Source of the DNA: Ramazzottius varieornatus
Lineage: Eukaryota > Animalia > Tardigrada
DNA length: 64,000 bases
Direction: 5' to 3'
NCBI GenBank assembly: GCA_001949185.1
Contig: BDGG01000001.1
Coordinates: 5,509,527 to 5,573,526 of the forward strand
Shown here: piece by piece, positions 34,764 through 47,232 of the stretch
Layout of the letters: each line of letters begins with the position of its first letter
Position numbering within the stretch: position 1 is the stretch's first letter
Translations under genes and position numbers: made by a program
The notes under the pieces: model-generated
Seen by the model: the letters and a program-made list of their open reading frames with translations, nothing else
What the model was told of the DNA's origin: nothing
Database searches by the model: none

Positions 34764-37700
34764 ATGGCTCCAGGAGGTGACAAGAAGGTGAGTGATGTCT
34801 CACAGCGGGTAGCAATACGGCGAATTAGTGGCAGAAAGTTCTGACAGCGATTTGTGCTTGTTGAAGGGTAAAAAGGGGAAGAAAGGTGATGCGTTTTCCG
34901 ACGACGAGGACGAGACCATCAAGCGACCAGTGCCTGCTGCGCCTGCTGGAAACAAGAAGCAGGTCAAAGGGGCAAAGGTACGTGTAAAATTTCTTGTGAT
35001 TGCGCATGACCTCATGGTACTGGGTTCATCAGCTTATTATAACTATAATAATCACACCATGCCGCACATGACGTCGTATGTGGCTGTCCGTTGTCATGAG
35101 CAGTCTTTTAACTGTCTGTATCCATTTTCTTGCACTGACTTTGAATTTTTCCGTTGTCGTCGCAGGGTAAGAAGTTGAAGGCTGATGGCGACCAGCTTTC
35201 CGACGCGGAAAACGGAGGCGGACTTGTGGAAAAGGAAATGAAGCCTGCCGCAAATAAAAAGAAGGCAGCATCAAAGACAAAGGTAAGTATTGTTTTTGCA
35301 TTGTTCTTAGGCCGAATATTCATCAACAACGTCTAAAGCTTCCATTCTCCCCACAGGACAAGAAAGCTACCGTGGACGATGATAAGCCTTCGGAGGATGA
35401 GAATAGTGATTTAAAATCTGAAGACTCTATTCGGGCGTCGAAGGAGAGCAAGGCAACCGGAAAAGCAAAGGTAAACTTTTCTCGTTTTCCGAATCCCGTT
35501 GCTCATACTCGTTGCGTACATGGATAATTTCGAAACTGTTACAGGGAAAAGCTTCTGCAATGAACGATAATAAACCTTCCGAGGACGAAGATGATTTGAA
35601 AGCACTCGAGGAAGCCATACCTGCGGCAAAAAAGAAAAAGGAAAAATCAGCCGCAAAGCCAAAGGCAAATCCGAGCCTTTCGTTTTCAAATCGAACCATG
35701 TCTTCACCATGTAGATAGGGCCACTTGAAATTTTTATTTTACAGGGAAATAATGTTGTGCCAGAAACTGAACAAGCTTCTGATGATGAAGAAGGCGGAAA
35801 CGACCACAACGATCAGGACGGAGTTAAAGCCGGAAGTGACGTTGACGACAACGATGAAGTGGTTGCGAAGGCTGCTGCTAACAAGAAGAAAGCCAAGACA
35901 AAGAAAAAGTCAGCGAAAGAAAAGAAGAATGCGAAGAAGAAAGTGGAGTCTAGTGGGGACGAAGCGGACAAGCCCGACACCGCAGACGATAACATCGACT
36001 ACGACGACGAGGACGACGAAAACCCGTCGAAGATCAAGTCCGAGCCCGTCATCGAACCAGAACCTGAAGTGAAGATCATGACACGTAAAGAGAAGATGGA
36101 ACAGATGAAGCGGTTGAAGTATGAGGCTGAGTTGGCCAGTCGTGGACCTGGCGTTGGTGGGACGTCTTCCGGTGGAACATCTGGTGATCAGTTTAGCGTC
36201 TCCCAACAAACGAGCAAAGTGTCTTCTCAGAACTTGGAAAACGCAGTCGACATCAAGGTATGCTTTGTCTGAACAAAGTAACCCGCCTTACTGTGCTACT
36301 TGAATTAACTGACAGATGTCGTTTGCAGATAGAGAAGTTTTCCATCGCAGCTCGAGGGAAAGAACTGTTCGTCAACGCCACTTTGGCCATTACGAATGGT
36401 CGACGTTATGGCCTCGTTGGACCGAACGGGTAAATATCGGACTACCATATACGTTAAAAAATAGTTCTATGTCGTAGAAAGAGAAAACCAGGTAGTCGAG
36501 AAATGAGTGGATAATTGCGTAATTACGTTTAATTTTTTTCGATTCGGTGTCACAGATCATAATTCAAAATATTATATGCTGTGGGTTTTCTTGGTAGACA
36601 TGGTAAAACGACGCTGCTTCAGCATATCGCCAACCGTCAGTTGGCCATTCCACCCAAGATCGACGTTCTCCTGTGCGAGCAGGAAGTCATGGCTGACGCC
36701 ACTCCTGCCGTCGACGTGGTCCTTAGAGCCGACATGAAGCGTCTCGATCTTCTTGAACAAGAGAAACTCCTCACCGCCCAGAGCTCCAAGGGCGATCTGA
36801 AAGCTACCGAAAAGCTCAGAGAGGTCTACGAGGCGTTGGCAGCTATCGGAGCTGACTCTGCCGAAGCCCGAGCTAGGAGGTAAACACCCATACCACAACT
36901 CTCAAATTAATCGTAGTTTATCCCGCCCAAAAAACTGAATAATATTTTCTGTTACAGTAATTTCGAAATAAAAAGTCAAATGGGAATTTGGCAAACTAAC
37001 TCAACAAGATTGCTGTCCGAAGTGGCGCACGTTTTGTATGTTCTTGGCTGGAACCGTGCGTCACCTGGGAAAGTTTGTTGTCGAGTTTGTTTGTCTGAAT
37101 ACCAAATAAAAATAAAGACGTTCACCCTGAATCAAAGGCCCGTAAGAGTGTTCAGCAGTTTGTTTTGCGTAGGATTTTGGCCGGTCTGGGTTTCGATGTG
37201 GAGATGCAGAACCGTCCGACGAACCAGTTCAGTGGTGGCTGGCGAATGAGAGTATCGCTTGCAAGAGCGCTCTTCATTGAACCCACGCTATTGTTACTTG
37301 ACGAACCGACCAACCATTTGGACCTGAATGCCGTCATCTGGCTCGACTCGTACCTTAGAACCTGGAAGAAGACGTTACTAATCGTTTCACATGACCAGAG
37401 TTTCTTGGATAACGTTTGCACCGATGTGATACACTTGGAAGAACAGAAGCTCAACTATTACAGAGGCAAATAACAATTACAAAACATTTTCATTTCGAAA
37501 ATTGATGTGATGAGTGTTTCTCTGTTGCAGGAAATTATACTCAGTTCAAAAAAATGTTGGTTCAAAAGAGGGCGGAGCAGCAGAAAGAGTATGAGAAGCA
37601 GGAGAAGAAGCTGTTAGAGTTGAAGAAGCAAGGGAAAAGCTCGAAGGTAGCTGAAGAGAAGACCAAGGACTCTCTCCAGAAGAAGGCAGAGAGATCCAAG

Positions 37701-39025
37701 TTGGGCGGAAAGAAGAACAGGGAAGAGGATGAAGATCAAGGACCACAACAGCTTTTGACCAGAATCAGGGAGTACATGGTGAAGTTCAGGTTCCCGCAAC
37801 CGACAGACCTCAACCCGCCCATCTTAGGCCTCTTTGGTACGTTTGCACCGTCATAAAAACTGTAAAAATTCTTGTCAGAATCGTGATGTTCTAAAGTTCG
37901 GCAAACAAGGTCGAGAAGGTCGTTTTCCAACTGACGCACGTTCATATTGGTATTGGGTCGTAGCTTGCGCTACGTGGGAAAACAATCTTGACGAGTTTGC
38001 TTGATTTCCTAAGTAGCGCATTGTGCTAGTCTTACTGGCTTGAAGAGTGCACCATTTGAGAAAAATGATCTCGAAATTTTTGCCTAGGTTCTACCGTGTT
38101 CCTTTTCTGTTGATTTTCTCTACTTGGTGTCTTGCAGGTGTGACGTTTCAGTATGGAAACCAGCCACCCATTTTCGAGAACCTCGACTTCGGTATCGACA
38201 TGACATCTCGAGTAGCCGTCGTCGGACCAAACGGTGTGGGAAAGTCCACTCTCCTCAAGCTTCTCTGTGGAGACATCCAGCCTAATAAAGGAGAAGTTCG
38301 ACGCAATCCCCGAGCACGGATCGGACGCTTCGATCAGCACAGTGGTGAACATCTCTCTCTGACCGAAAGTCCCGCCGAGTACCTCCAGCGACTCTTTAAC
38401 CTTAGCTACCAAGAAGCTCGACAACGTCTGGGCAAGTTTGGCCTGGCTGGTCATGCTCACACCATCAAGATTGGCGACTTGTCTGGTGGACAGAAGTCCA
38501 GAGTGGCATTGGCTGAACTGGCTGGAAGAGCACCAGATGTGCTGGTACTGGACGAACCGACCAATAACCTGGATATCGAGTCGATCGATGCGCTGGCCGA
38601 AGCCATCAACGACTTCAAAGGAGGTAAGAGAAAAAGAATGAGCACTGTTCTTGCATCTGCATACTCTTGAGCTGTAAGTTTGGCATGGTTTGCGAGTAAG
38701 TAGGTGCGTGAATGAGCAGAATGAGGTTTGTTTCTTGCACCGGCGTACGGACGAACTGTGCTGACTTCACGGTCTGTTGTATGCAGGTGCACGGAAACTG
38801 TTGGAAGTCTCTAGGTGTTTGGAGGGTGTTGACGGTCTTTGCTCTTTTTCAGGTGTAATTTTGGTCAGCCACGACGAACGACTCATCCGTGAGACCAATT
38901 GTCAGCTGTGGATCATCGAGAACCACAATATCGACGAGATCGAGGGTGACTTCGACGACTACAGGGAAGAAGTGCTGCGTGCTCTGGGAGAAGCCATCAT
39001 TCCGTCTGGCTCCTTACCTACTTAA
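34764..39025 (+). CDS. ABCF1: ATP-binding cassette subfamily F member 1 (ABC50), multi-exon
   Basis: Long K/E/D-rich N-terminus; two NBDs ([27 protein letters not shown]; [26 protein letters not shown]); no TM domains. Confidence 0.92.
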
Positions 39026-39327
39026 GTTTATTTCCTTCCAGTTATCTTCACCTCTTCGCCTTGGTTTATCTGCCGTGTCGTCCGTGCATAACAGAAGATG
39101 GTTCAAAGTACTTTATGAAATTTATTTATAAGAAGCGCATGATGTTATGTGATAACTCCGAAAAATAAATAAAAGAGTGCAAACCAGAGAACGATGGAAA
39201 AGAAAAAAGTGGCGAGGCCGTGGAAGAAAAAGACTAATCATAGTTATGTGACCATGAAAGACCCGCGAGTTGTTTTAAAAACGAGGGTGACGTCAAACTA
39301 CACTCATGTTAGGGAAACGGAGGTGAG

Positions 39328-40751
39328 TTATTGGTAGTAATGCCGGTCAGCGTCGCCGCCATTCGGGCGGTAATCCGGCTTCTGTCTTCGTCGGAACTCC
39401 GCCAACACTTCATCAGGTACTGCCTCATACGTCCATGGCGCACTATAAGCGTTCTGGTCTTGCCCATCACCAGCGCCCAGGTTCATTCCGCCCATCAGGT
39501 TCTCTACGTTGTCTTCGCCGTACTCTTCCCCCTCGGGTTCTTCATCCGATAAAGCTCGGCCGTTGTTGACTGCGTTGGCTTCGTCATTCATAAAGTCCAG
39601 TTCTTCCTGGGTGAGAGGGTTTTGGTCAGGTCCATAGTGAGTGCCTAGCGCAGGATCCACTTCATCACGTCCAGTCGTCTGTTCGGCTTCGCTCTCGGCT
39701 GGAATGACGTGGTCGGGTGAAGGTACTTCACCCCAGCGACTGGCTCGGTACTCAAGGACTTTGATGATATCACGACGGCAGTGTGTGTTTAGGTCGTTGG
39801 CGGTGATAAGGAGTTCCCGAAGAGTATCGTAAAGCTTTGCCACCACTCCGGGAATTTTCTACAGAAAATACAAAAAGGCAGGTTAGCACATGGATCGACC
39901 CGTTAACAACCAAATCAGGAAAACCGCAAGTCATCACCAATAAGAATATCATACACACGTGACTTGAACAAGCCACAACGGCCGAAAACTGTCACGTGTC
40001 TACCGGATGGTTATGGAATGCGAATCGAAAAGACGTAAACACAGATTGCGTCCTGCGTCAATTCATCGATGAAACTTCTCACCTGCGAAATGGAAGAATC
40101 CTCGCGCATAGCTCGGTCAATGGAAGGTCCAGCCAGTTTCAGCATCAGCGTAGCACACTGAACATTGTCCAGAAAGTGAGCTAGGGGAATGGCATTGGCT
40201 TCCCGTTTGACAAAGGCAGTGATGAGTTCAAACAGACCGTAGATGATGGCTGGCGTGGCGGCCTTGAAACTTCCCAACACCAGCAACTTCGGGCACAAAT
40301 CAGCGTAAAAGGTAGCTATCAGTCTGACCTCCGCCACACTCTCAGGACTCTGATTTCCCTTCGCGAAATTGTCCATGACTGCAGTGCAGTATTCGTTTAC
40401 TTCTCGCAGCTTGACGATGACGGCTGTGGCGAATGTCTTTCCCTGAACTTCGCGCGTGTACTTCTCCGTGACTTCGGCCAGGAAATTCGAAGCGATGTAG
40501 TGCGTACCTCGATCAACACGGGCTGAATCAAAGATGTAGCTAATCATCTCTTCCAGTGTGGCGAAGTGGTTGATGGCGCAGTTAGAGAGTGTTCCGAGCA
40601 ACTCTTCAACGCTTTCAGTAACATCTTCGGGCGTTCCTTCGGACTGGAGGAGAGATACGAAACAGGATCCGAAAGCTGTAGCAGCCGCGTCATCCGACGT
40701 CATCTCTTCATAGTGAGCTTCATTGAAGCCACCGTGAGGCGGTCCATCCAT
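39328..40751 (-). CDS. PAIP1: PAIP1-like MIF4G-domain protein (2 coding exons)
   Basis: CATLMLKLAGPSID, VLEYRASRWG, YGPDQNPLTQEELDFM and an acidic tail resemble PAIP1 family blocks. Intron ~40082-39859. Confidence 0.65.
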
Positions 40752-41354
40752 TGTGGAAGAAGCTAGGACGAAAACAGTTTCAAAGCAAAACTTTCAACTT
40801 CGATTCATTGCTACATTAACCGCGCATCGCGTGCTCACACTCAATTCGAACTTCACACACATAAACCAAGACAGGATCACCGAGAGACTTACCTTAAGAA
40901 CGTACTGAAGGGTCCAGTACTTATTCGCTTATTCCTAGCAGAATCCCCAGCAGAGCTTTTTTCCAACGGAGTCCAGGAGAATGCAGAAACGGAGGAAAAG
41001 AGAAAATTGCGATTTGAGAATTTCCACTTCAGCAAGTAGAAAAATGGGAAAAGTTCCAAAATTCAAAATCCAAACTGATTAATTTCCCGCTCCGCAGCGC
41101 GGGCCATGCTTGTCCAAGCAAATAAATCCGTCCCGCTGCCTTCTGAGGTCCGGGGATCTGCCGCTCCGAGCCGTCTAATCGGCAGACTCGTCAGCGGGAT
41201 ACCAGTTCTCAAATTTACCGTTCAGGCGGTCGGCTGATTTGTTGATCTGCGGAGTTGGGTCAGGATCCTGTGTAAACTGTAAATTCCTTTCATCGTCGCG
41301 GAAAAATTTTTCGTTTCATTCTTTCCCAGTCAACAGCTTATCATCTGCTCTACG

Positions 41355-42656
41355 ATGTCATCGCCAGCGGAAGCTCATGTGGTAAGATTGCGTTGAGATA
41401 TGGTCCTTTGTGAGGTAAGTTAACTCAGTCATTCTGTTTTGCAGCGGAGGAAGACAAACTACTGGCCCGACTTCGATGAGCAAGTCGCCAGAAATCTGCC
41501 TCCCCTGGAATCGTCTAATTCTCCATTCAGCAGGTCGGATGACAGAAGTTACGACACGAGCAGTGCATCCAGCGCAGCTCGCAGTAGCACTTCCGGGGAA
41601 GCTCGTAGTGATGCAGCTCGTGCCACTGCTGCGAGTGCAGCTGGGGAACATCGCGGGAGTACATCAGGTGGGCTCGGCAGTGGTGCATCTGGAGAAGCTA
41701 GTGGCAAGGGTACATCTGGTGGAAGGCGTAGCAGTTGGTTCGGGGGAAAGTCGAGTGGCGTGGCAGGCGAAACGCGGAGTGATACAGCGCAACATGCTGG
41801 AAGCAGGGGCGCTTCCGGGGAACATCAAAGTAGCTCCTCTGGTGGGTCCGGAAGTGGTACATCCGGACAAGCTGGTGGGAATCGCGGCAGTGCTTCTGCT
41901 GGATTCTTTGGACTAGGCAGTGGGACCTCTGGTCAAGCTGGTGGAGGTCGAGGTGGCGCATCGAATGACACCCATCATGGTAGCGCATCTAACGACACCC
42001 ACCACGGTGGCGCATCAAATGACGCACGCCATGGTGGCGCATCGGGAGAACAACGTAGTGGTTCATCTGACGGATTTTTCAGTAAGGCTGCTGCTGCTGC
42101 TCTTGGTGGAGCTGGAGGAGCTGGTGGATATCGCAGTGGAGCCTCTGGAGAACACCACGGAGAAGCTGGACAGCATCGTAAAGGTGCATTTGGCGATGTG
42201 CACAGCGTTGCCTCTGGTGAATATGGCGATGAAGACCGTGATGTGTATCGGCCGTACTTTCTGCGGCGCGAAATGCCGCAGCCGTTTCCTCAAGACAAGA
42301 CCACCTGGTACGCCAAGTATTTTAAACAGGGAAGAACAGACGATTTCTATCCATTTTGGGGAGCTGTTGGTGGCTACTTGTGCGTCGTGTTTGGTAACTA
42401 CAGGATTGGCCACCCTGTGTTTTCTCGTATCTACTTGCATGCTGGTGGGGCTTTGCTTGGCTGGTGGCTCGGTGGACAGATTGATTACTACCAGAGCAAG
42501 TCCTATGCGGAAAGGGATGCCATGATGCGCCACTACATGTCGCTGCATCCCGAAGACTTTCAGGAACAACGACCACCCAAACTCAAGTACGTTATCTATC
42601 CTTGGTATCCTGTCAGAGAGACCTATGAAGGCCTCAAAAATTACCCTTTCAAGTAA
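41355..42656 (+). CDS. NDUFC2: NADH dehydrogenase subunit C2 (B14.5b) with a large low-complexity N-terminal region (~412 aa)
   Basis: Exon 1 41355-41381, exon 2 from 41445. C-terminus has two TM segments and ERDAMMRHYMSLHPEDF...WYPVR, typical of NDUFC2. Confidence 0.85.
41952..42044 (+). repeat. 27-bp coding tandem repeat (G[GS]ASND[TA][HR]H, ~3.4 units)
   Basis: Units start at 41952, 41979, 42006 and 42033. Confidence 0.85.
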
Positions 42657-43424
42657 ACTCCTTGGAGTTTGCGTTTAGTTTTTGTGCCTGGAGGAAGAGG
42701 AAGTGAACGAATTTGAGAATGATTTGCTGTGAGCTCAATCAACAGTACACTGTTGATTGCTCTGTTTTACCCCCTGTGTGTTTTAGCTGTACATGGTAGT
42801 ATTGTGGCCATTAAACCGGAAGTAAGAATCAAGTCAAGCAGTCTGCGCTTCGTTCCAGCTTTCTGATGCCCGGTGGCGAACAAAGACGTTGCATACACTT
42901 GGTGTTGGAGGATATAACCTGAAAAATTCTTTATAGACTTTGGAATGCTTAGGAGAAAAACCAGAATTTGAGAATGAATCGCTCTGGCCGAGTCACAAGC
43001 AGCGGCTGGTTCCTAAAGTCACTTTTCTCCACGAGGTTCCTCGTCGTGTTTGGTTTGGAAAGCTGTCTGCTGGGAGGTCCAGCTCGTTGAACGGCGAGGC
43101 GCAAGTGGCACATTAATGATTAATCACGGCGCGTTCGATGAGGACAGGTGGGCGTGAAAAGACTGGACGTATCGATTGGCAATCTGGCAGTACAATATGA
43201 TACGGTAAAGGTGAGCCACCGCATCATGCATCCACAAGACTGAGAGGAGGCATACGGCGTGCTCATTTTTCGACTGCGATTACCGGACGCAGACTCGGGG
43301 TATCACTGGCAAAATATCTATGTAACTTCTTCATTACATCTGCCTACTTTCAGGAACCAGGATTTTTGCTGTTGTTATTGCGGCGCGTGAATATTCCCTG
43401 TGGTTCGAATTCTGGTTCTCGGTG

Positions 43425-45091
43425 ATGGCGCTCGTGGCAAGTGTGGTCCTTCCATTAGCTCAGCATCACAACTCCTTTAGCATGCACCATGTGATGAACC
43501 ATTCTTCTTCGCTCAACGACCTGAGCTCAAATAGAGCCCGCGTGCGTCATGAGGGGTCTCTTAATCAGAAACGGGCCATGGAAGGAACCATGCGAGACAT
43601 CCTGTCCCATCTGCCGCCACCGCCTCCCAAACCAAGGCGAGGTCCAGGCACCTCCAACAAGAGTAAGACTCCCCCCATTCCTCCACTCGCGTATCTCCAA
43701 CCGGCGAAGATTGGCAGCTTTCAATTGTTGTTTTGAATTGCAGCTCCCAGTAAAAACTTCGCCCAGGAGAACATCAAGAGAATACGGCAGGTCGCCGCAG
43801 AGCGACGAGAAAGGGAAGACAGGCTGAAAAAGACGGCGGTCCGAGCTTCGTGGAGCGTCCAAAGAGAAAATGGTGGACCAGCCATCAAGCGTGCAGAAAC
43901 CCGGGTAAAGTTTTCATTACCAAACCATCCAGAAAATTTCCCGACTTGCAGTTTCGTGAACTGTTTTCGCCCTGGCCAACAAAGTTGCTCCTACCTGAGT
44001 CTCCTTGATATCCTCTTAAAGTGCTTGCTGAACCTTTCACGTATACAGGCTGCTGAGGGTAGGAACCGCTCCAGACAACCGCCCGGAAGAGCCAGGTCTT
44101 TCCAGGACGGTCTCAACCACATATCTGTAAGCGACGACGAAGAAGCTTTTGAAAAGCCAGCCGATCCTATGGTCCGCAGGCAGTCTCTCGTTCAAGCCAT
44201 CAACTTACCGTCCATGTCTTCAAAACCCTCGAAAGACTTCGTTAGTCTCAACAAGACCGTCAACTTCTCGACAGAGCTACGAGAACGCCGGTCGTCTTCG
44301 ACATCGTCGCTGGGTCGCCGAAGTTCCCTTCTCGACCTGGACGAAGTTCCCAAAGCTAAGATTGGAGTATTGCCAGACTAGTAAGTGAACGAACAATTCC
44401 TTCTATCTGTGTTGAAACCGGTAGTCGGAAGCTCGGCAAACAAACTGGTCAAGACTACTTTCCTAAGCGGCGCATGTTTCCAGTGTTAATTCCCGAAACC
44501 CTGCGCCACTCGAGAGAACAATCTTGCCGACTATGTTTGCCGTACTCCGAACAACTATCACTATGTTCGTAGCATACTAAAGGAGAAGCCTCCGGTGCCA
44601 CAAAAAGGCGTGAAATACAACGGGAATGAACTGCCACTCGGTTATCGCGTAATGGGAAAGAGCGAACGAACTCGCATAACCGAAGGACTCCAACATGGTA
44701 CCTAAGCAATGCTAATCATCTTCCGCTATACAATGGTTTAATATTAGACTGATGCGACTTTTAACTCGTAGCAAAAGCAACAAGAGAAAGGGAACTGTTT
44801 TTGTTGCCACTTCGATCCGACACCATGCGTGCGCAACGGAAGCGGGACGAACTCCAGGCCGCGTTAAGGGACATTGACGACGGGTTACATATGCTTACTC
44901 GAGCTACGGTTATTGTCAACGGCGATAACGTTCCAGGGTCTAAATACATCAAAGATGTGGAGACCTCGACACAGAAAGTTTCTAGTGAAATCGAAAAGGT
45001 GGAGAAAAACGGTGTGATGAAGGCCAAGGCTGTTGCGCCGGCTAGGAAGGACGTGAACCCAGCCATCAAGAAAACCATGAGAAGAGCATAG
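43425..45091 (+). CDS. ENKD1: Enkurin-domain-containing protein (ENKD1-like), multi-exon
   Basis: KNFAQENIKRIRQ; KDFVSLNK; IGVLPDY; PLGYRVMGKSER; LPLRSDTMRAQRKRDELQAALRDIDDGL. Start codon uncertain (43425 or 43482). Confidence 0.7.
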
Positions 45092-45683
45092 ACTTGATCC
45101 CACGTACTACTTGCCATATTTTTTTCCATAAAACAATCTTTGAGGTTTACTTCGTTTTATCGAAAATTACACTTCGAACTTCCTCAGTGGTATTTATTGT
45201 CAGATTTTCCAAGTATAGACCTACAGCGGCTTGATTTTTACTGAATTCGATGGCTTTGGACTGCCTGTATCATCTCAAGCACGTCTCTTGCCCCTACTGA
45301 TACACTTCCTCCATAAAACGGAGGTTTAAAGTCTAGTGAATACTTCCTCTTGGTAAATATTAACCTTCGCGGGCTCTGAAGGTATCGATCTGAAATGTGG
45401 GCGCGTGTACCGACCCTCAGCGGTGGCGCCGGTGAGGCTTCACCGGGTCTTGCTGATCGATCGGCTTCCCGTTCTCCATATGCCATGAATCACCTGCTCG
45501 TGAAACACCTGCTTGTCGAAATAATCGCATTTTTCCAAAGTAATCCATCGCACATGGACAATAGCTCGACCTAAAGCAAAATTTTCTCGAATAAAGGTGC
45601 TGAACCATGAGTGTACGTAGTTCCCTCACTGACCATGGTAACACTTCGAATATACGGACCTGATATCGCTGTTGCTTTTTGTT

Positions 45684-46607
45684 ATGCCGACGATTGATCC
45701 CCGTTCTTCCCATAAAATTCAGCTGATTCGTTCGGTGAAACATGGAGGTTTCGGACAAGTCTTTCAAGCCTTCCACGTGGGTTCGAAGCGGCCTGTCGCC
45801 TACAAAGAAGTGTACGTCACCAGCGACTATCGCGGAAGTCGAGAAAAGAGACCACGCGTGGACAACGAGGCCGAACTCCAGTCCACGCTGAACCACGAAA
45901 ATGTTGTGAAGTTACTCGACCACTGGAAAGAGTCGGATAAAGTCTGTCTCGTCGCCGAATGGATGGAATGCAACCTTTTGGAGTTTCTCAAAGCAAACAC
46001 CATTGACGAGAGGACGAAGAAGAGCTTCATGAGAATGTTACTTTCCGCTGTTATGTACATTCACAGCGAACGGATATTCCATCGAGACATAAATCCCGGG
46101 AACATTTTGATGTCGAAAGATGGCGTAATGAAGCTAGGTGATTTCGGTTTAGCCAGAAAATTTCGAGATGAAGGAAACGAAGCACAAGAACCCTTTTCAA
46201 GTTGCGCGGGGACAAGAGAGTATCGGGCACCGGAAATGCTGTATGGTTTGACTTTCTACGACCACACCGTTGATCTGTGGTCAGCTGGGTGTGTCTGCGT
46301 GGACATCTACCAGAATGGCGAGCCGCTGTTTCACTCGGACACGGATATCGGTCAGTTGGCTCAGGTAGTTTCCGTCTTCGGGGACCCAGTCACGACGGGT
46401 CAATGGGTGGAAGCGAAGACGTTACCGGACTATGGCAAAATTTCCTTTGCAACTCCCGAAAACCCTCCGGGGCTCTTAAAGTCGATAAAGAATTCAACAA
46501 GAGGTTTTCCTGAGTTTTTACAGCAGTTTCTGTGCTACGACCCAAAGAAGCGAATGTGTGCAGGAGATCTACTGCTGCAAGATTTCCTCGCGGACGGTCA
46601 GCGATGA
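45684..46607 (+). CDS. CDK20: CDK20/CCRK-like kinase, intronless, divergent catalytic loop
   Basis: VAYK, HRDINPGN, DFGLAR, YRAPE, DTDIGQL and the CDK20-type LPDYGKISF motif. Confidence 0.75.
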   Translation: MPTIDPRSSHKIQLIRSVKHGGFGQVFQAFHVGSKRPVAYKEVYVTSDYRGSREKRPRVDNEAELQSTLNHENVVKLLDHWKESDKVCLVAEWMECNLLEFLKANTIDERTKKSFMRMLLSAVMYIHSERIFHRDINPGNILMSKDGVMKLGDFGLARKFRDEGNEAQEPFSSCAGTREYRAPEMLYGLTFYDHTVDLWSAGCVCVDIYQNGEPLFHSDTDIGQLAQVVSVFGDPVTTGQWVEAKTLPDYGKISFATPENPPGLLKSIKNSTRGFPEFLQQFLCYDPKKRMCAGDLLLQDFLADGQR

Positions 46608-47232
46608 TAATTGAGCTGCTCCTAATAGAGTGTTCATGATACTATGAACTGTTCTGCTGAAACCTGAAAATACCCTACAACGAAACTAGTAAAATAGAGT
46701 TCGTCAGAGTTAAAGATTGCCTTGTTGCTCGTTCTGCGCATCTTCAAATTCGATATCTGAATCGCAGTCTTCATTGTCCTCCTCTTCGGTGACATCCACT
46801 TCGTCGTCGCTTTCTTCGTCCTCCTCGCTCTCAGCGTCGGCAAGGGCCATGGTACTCGTAGGACAAGCGGTCTGGCATAAACCAGCTAAGCTCAGCAACG
46901 CGAACTTCCTGGTTGAACTTCGCCGTTGAACTTCTCCAGTGCAAATAACGGCGGGTCTTCCTGTAGGGCGACCCAGCCAGGATACGTCCGATCTTTGGGT
47001 GGACCTCACACGGTGGAGGCTCACTCAGTATCGTCTTTATCTCGCGCGCTCAGAGCTCCCAACAGGTAACAGTCTGCCAGCTGAGCTCGAAGTTTCTGAA
47101 CTGTTCAATAAAATTCTCCATGTAGTGTACATGTATCCAAAAATTATTTTTGTACTCGTACGCCAGGAAATGTTTGCTCTTGTTCGGTATGCAAACTCTG
47201 GACACGAAATCTTCCCGCAAGAGTTTCAGCCA

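Noticed and set aside
41144-41158. Minus-strand TCCCCGGACCTC resembling the RNase MRP RNA P4 region
   Set aside because: The GAAAG prefix, GARAR loop and 3' GGGGCT partner are absent; probably chance.
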